Below are positions 42,341 through 44,454 of a stretch of DNA of 44,454 nucleotides, in pieces. The notes below the pieces were generated by a model. It searched no databases. It saw nothing but the letters and a program-made list of their open reading frames with translations, and was not told the DNA's origin. A program made the position numbers and the translations under genes. Every line of letters starts with the position of its first letter. Positions within the stretch are counted from its first letter, which is position 1. The stretch covers positions 1 to 44,454 of the IMG/VR virus record IMGVR_UViG_3300046786_000657; one strand, 5' to 3'. This DNA comes from a virus (taxonomy: Duplodnaviria > Caudoviricetes).

Positions 42341-44454
42341 ATGGCTCGATTTACATGGGGAAGCCCAACACAAGTTAAGAATGCATTACCACCTAGTGAT
42401 ACTAATGACCTTGCTACAAAGGGTTATGTTGATGCACACTCATCAGGTGCTCAATTCATTCAATTAGGCACAGCAATCAATAGTAATCTATCAACCAATT
42501 CAGCAGTAGCCGTTGGTGGAACGACATTTACTATGTTAGGTGATGTAACTACATTCTTTTCTGCTAATCTATATATAGAGTTCTTTTCAGCAGATACAGG
42601 ATACTACATCGTTCAAACATCAACATTTGATGAACCAAGCAATTTAACTACAGTTACATTTAGTCCATCAGCAAGAGTAGCAATATCTGCTGAAACACCT
42701 ATATACATATATCGTACTACAATTACTCCACTTAATTTCTTAAACATCAATGGTAATGTTGAGGAAGTAGTTAATGCTACAACAGGATTAGCAGATATAA
42801 AGATACCTTATCCTTTCATAGATGGAAATTACATTCCAGATGGTACTACATTCGGCACATTTGGTCAATTGTTATTTAGTAGTGTTAATTCAACATTCTA
42901 TGGTTGTTTATCACCTAATGGTACTACATCTAATTTCACATGGACTAAAATATCTACACTTAATTTAGTAGGTACAACCGTACCAGGCACTACGACTGTA
43001 GGTAGTAAAGGTCAATTATATTTTGATACATTGAACGATACATTGTATATTTGTGATAGCGACACATCACCATATAACTGGTTACAGGTATCAGGTTCTG
43101 GCGGTGGTGGCTCTGGAGTGTTTGGTTCTACATCTTGGAATACATCTAACTTTACATCATATTCAACAGCACAACAGCCAAGTAGATATGTGTCATCAGA
43201 CCAATCTAGCACTTGTTTTGTTATGCCGTTTAACTCATCAGGTAATGTGTCATCTGAAAATACAGGTGAGGGTACTATCAATGGTACAACATATATAACA
43301 CAAGGTACTAATCAACAGGCTGGAAACGGATTTACTTTTAGGTTTCCACAAACTTTAACCTCTAAATCAGATATTTGGTTTAATTTGTATGTAACCAACT
43401 TAACAATCAGTGTTACAACATCAGGCTCTGGTGGTGTTACTGACCCATCTCGAATATTCTTTTTACCAATGTTGGCAAGTCAAGCTAATATCAATAATAA
43501 TCTTGACCCAACTTATCACGCAATTGGTTTTTTTAATGGTAATGAGCAAAACCAAGAGACATTTAGATGGTTACAAGCACCAACAATAACAATCTCTGGT
43601 ACTGCACCAAATCAAGTAATTAAAATAAGTAATGGTATTGCAACTTGTAAAGGTGATTTTGAACAATCTACTTACACTGGCGACAATACAGATTATTTAC
43701 TTGGTGTTGTAATTGGTACAGAAGAAGTGGGTAAGAGTATTGATGCTGTTAGTTCTATTGATATTACTAAAGAGAGTACATCTACATTCGCTTATTCGTT
43801 AGATATGCACATTGGCTTACAAGGAACAGGTGGAGGCTCTGGTGGTTCTGGAATACAAGGTTTATCATCTCCAAACAATACAATCGCAATCGGTGGTACT
43901 AACACTAATACAACATTAGATTTAGCACAACAATCAGCAACCCCTGGGCAAGTACTTGCATGGAATGGCACAAAATATTCTCCATTCTCATTACCAACTA
44001 TTGTTAATTCATTGAAAGCGAATACAGGAACAGCAAGAACTGGTGCTATAACTTTATTAAACGGAACCAACCTAACCATAGTTGATAATAATGATGGCAC
44101 ATTCACACTTAATGCTACAGGGGGCTCAGGTGGGAACCCTTTAGGGTTAATAAGTGGTACATCAGCACCTCAATCTACACAAGGCAATAATGGCGACTTG
44201 TACCTGCAATACAATACTTCTGGTGGATTATTCAGTATATTTCAGAAAGTCGGTGGTACTTGGACTAATAGTAATTTCTTTAATGATATTGCTAAAAACA
44301 ACGCCTTCCAATTACAGAAAAATATATCGTTGTCGGATTTAGCCGATGTTAATTTGTATCCAAACTTTAATGAAAACACCTCTGTGGGTGGTATATTAAA
44401 CTCATCTGCGACTACTACTAAATTGGATTACGCAAGTTTGTTTATAACAGTAAC
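42341..44454 (+). CDS. 5' part of the third large fibre protein (absent from ORF track; continues at 1..649)
   Basis: AGGAG RBS, ATG 42341, open to the window end; DLATKGYVD fibre motif, GQLYFDT and GNNGDLYL repeats. Confidence 0.88.
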   Translation, partial: MARFTWGSPTQVKNALPPSDTNDLATKGYVDAHSSGAQFIQLGTAINSNLSTNSAVAVGGTTFTMLGDVTTFFSANLYIEFFSADTGYYIVQTSTFDEPSNLTTVTFSPSARVAISAETPIYIYRTTITPLNFLNINGNVEEVVNATTGLADIKIPYPFIDGNYIPDGTTFGTFGQLLFSSVNSTFYGCLSPNGTTSNFTWTKISTLNLVGTTVPGTTTVGSKGQLYFDTLNDTLYICDSDTSPYNWLQVSGSGGGGSGVFGSTSWNTSNFTSYSTAQQPSRYVSSDQSSTCFVMPFNSSGNVSSENTGEGTINGTTYITQGTNQQAGNGFTFRFPQTLTSKSDIWFNLYVTNLTISVTTSGSGGVTDPSRIFFLPMLASQANINNNLDPTYHAIGFFNGNEQNQETFRWLQAPTITISGTAPNQVIKISNGIATCKGDFEQSTYTGDNTDYLLGVVIGTEEVGKSIDAVSSIDITKESTSTFAYSLDMHIGLQGTGGGSGGSGIQGLSSPNNTIAIGGTNTNTTLDLAQQSATPGQVLAWNGTKYSPFSLPTIVNSLKANTGTARTGAITLLNGTNLTIVDNNDGTFTLNATGGSGGNPLGLISGTSAPQSTQGNNGDLYLQYNTSGGLFSIFQKVGGTWTNSNFFNDIAKNNAFQLQKNISLSDLADVNLYPNFNENTSVGGILNSSATTTKLDYASLFITV

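Noticed and set aside
17906-44342. Minus-strand and alternative-frame ORFs within structural genes (17906, 19120, 20831, 21205, 21597, 21838, 25497, 26585, 27353, 27988, 29778, 30585, 30909, 32586, 34637, 36603, 36778, 37979, 41154, 43012, 43053, 43792, 44154)
   Set aside because: Shadow ORFs overlapping coherent virion genes; no independent support
36127-44454. Diversity-generating retroelement or invertible fibre cassette
   Set aside because: No reverse transcriptase or invertase gene; no near-identical TR/VR pair or flanking inverted repeats seen
1-44454. Stop-codon reassignment
   Set aside because: Long conserved genes are intact under the standard code; TAA, TAG and TGA all end genes at sensible positions; the only tRNA is not a suppressor

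Overview
The window is an apparently complete, circularly permuted ~44.5 kb AT-rich tailed-phage (myovirus-type) genome. The unterminated ORF starting at 42341 continues in frame across the end/start junction to the stop at 649. Layout: (1) 661-6847, rightward lysis genes (holin-like proteins, separated i-/o-spanin pair, GH24 endolysin), mixed with many tiny accessory ORFs including a paralog array, plus an antisense tRNA-Pro(UGG) with an atypical anticodon loop. (2) 7015-16526, leftward replication module: Prim-Pol primase-helicase, small XRE HTH, DUF2800/Cas4-like nuclease, DUF2815 SSB, family-B-type DNA polymerase, VRR-NUC, SNF2 helicase. (3) A divergent intergenic region with a structured leader and an 11-copy GTTACTGAG iteron palindrome. 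(4) 17215 to the end, rightward packaging, head, contractile tail, baseplate and three large fibre/receptor-binding genes, with a -1 frameshift signal in the tail chaperone. No integrase or CRISPR array was seen, so the phage is probably lytic, and the spanins imply a Gram-negative host. Family names come from motif recognition and gene order, not from database searches.
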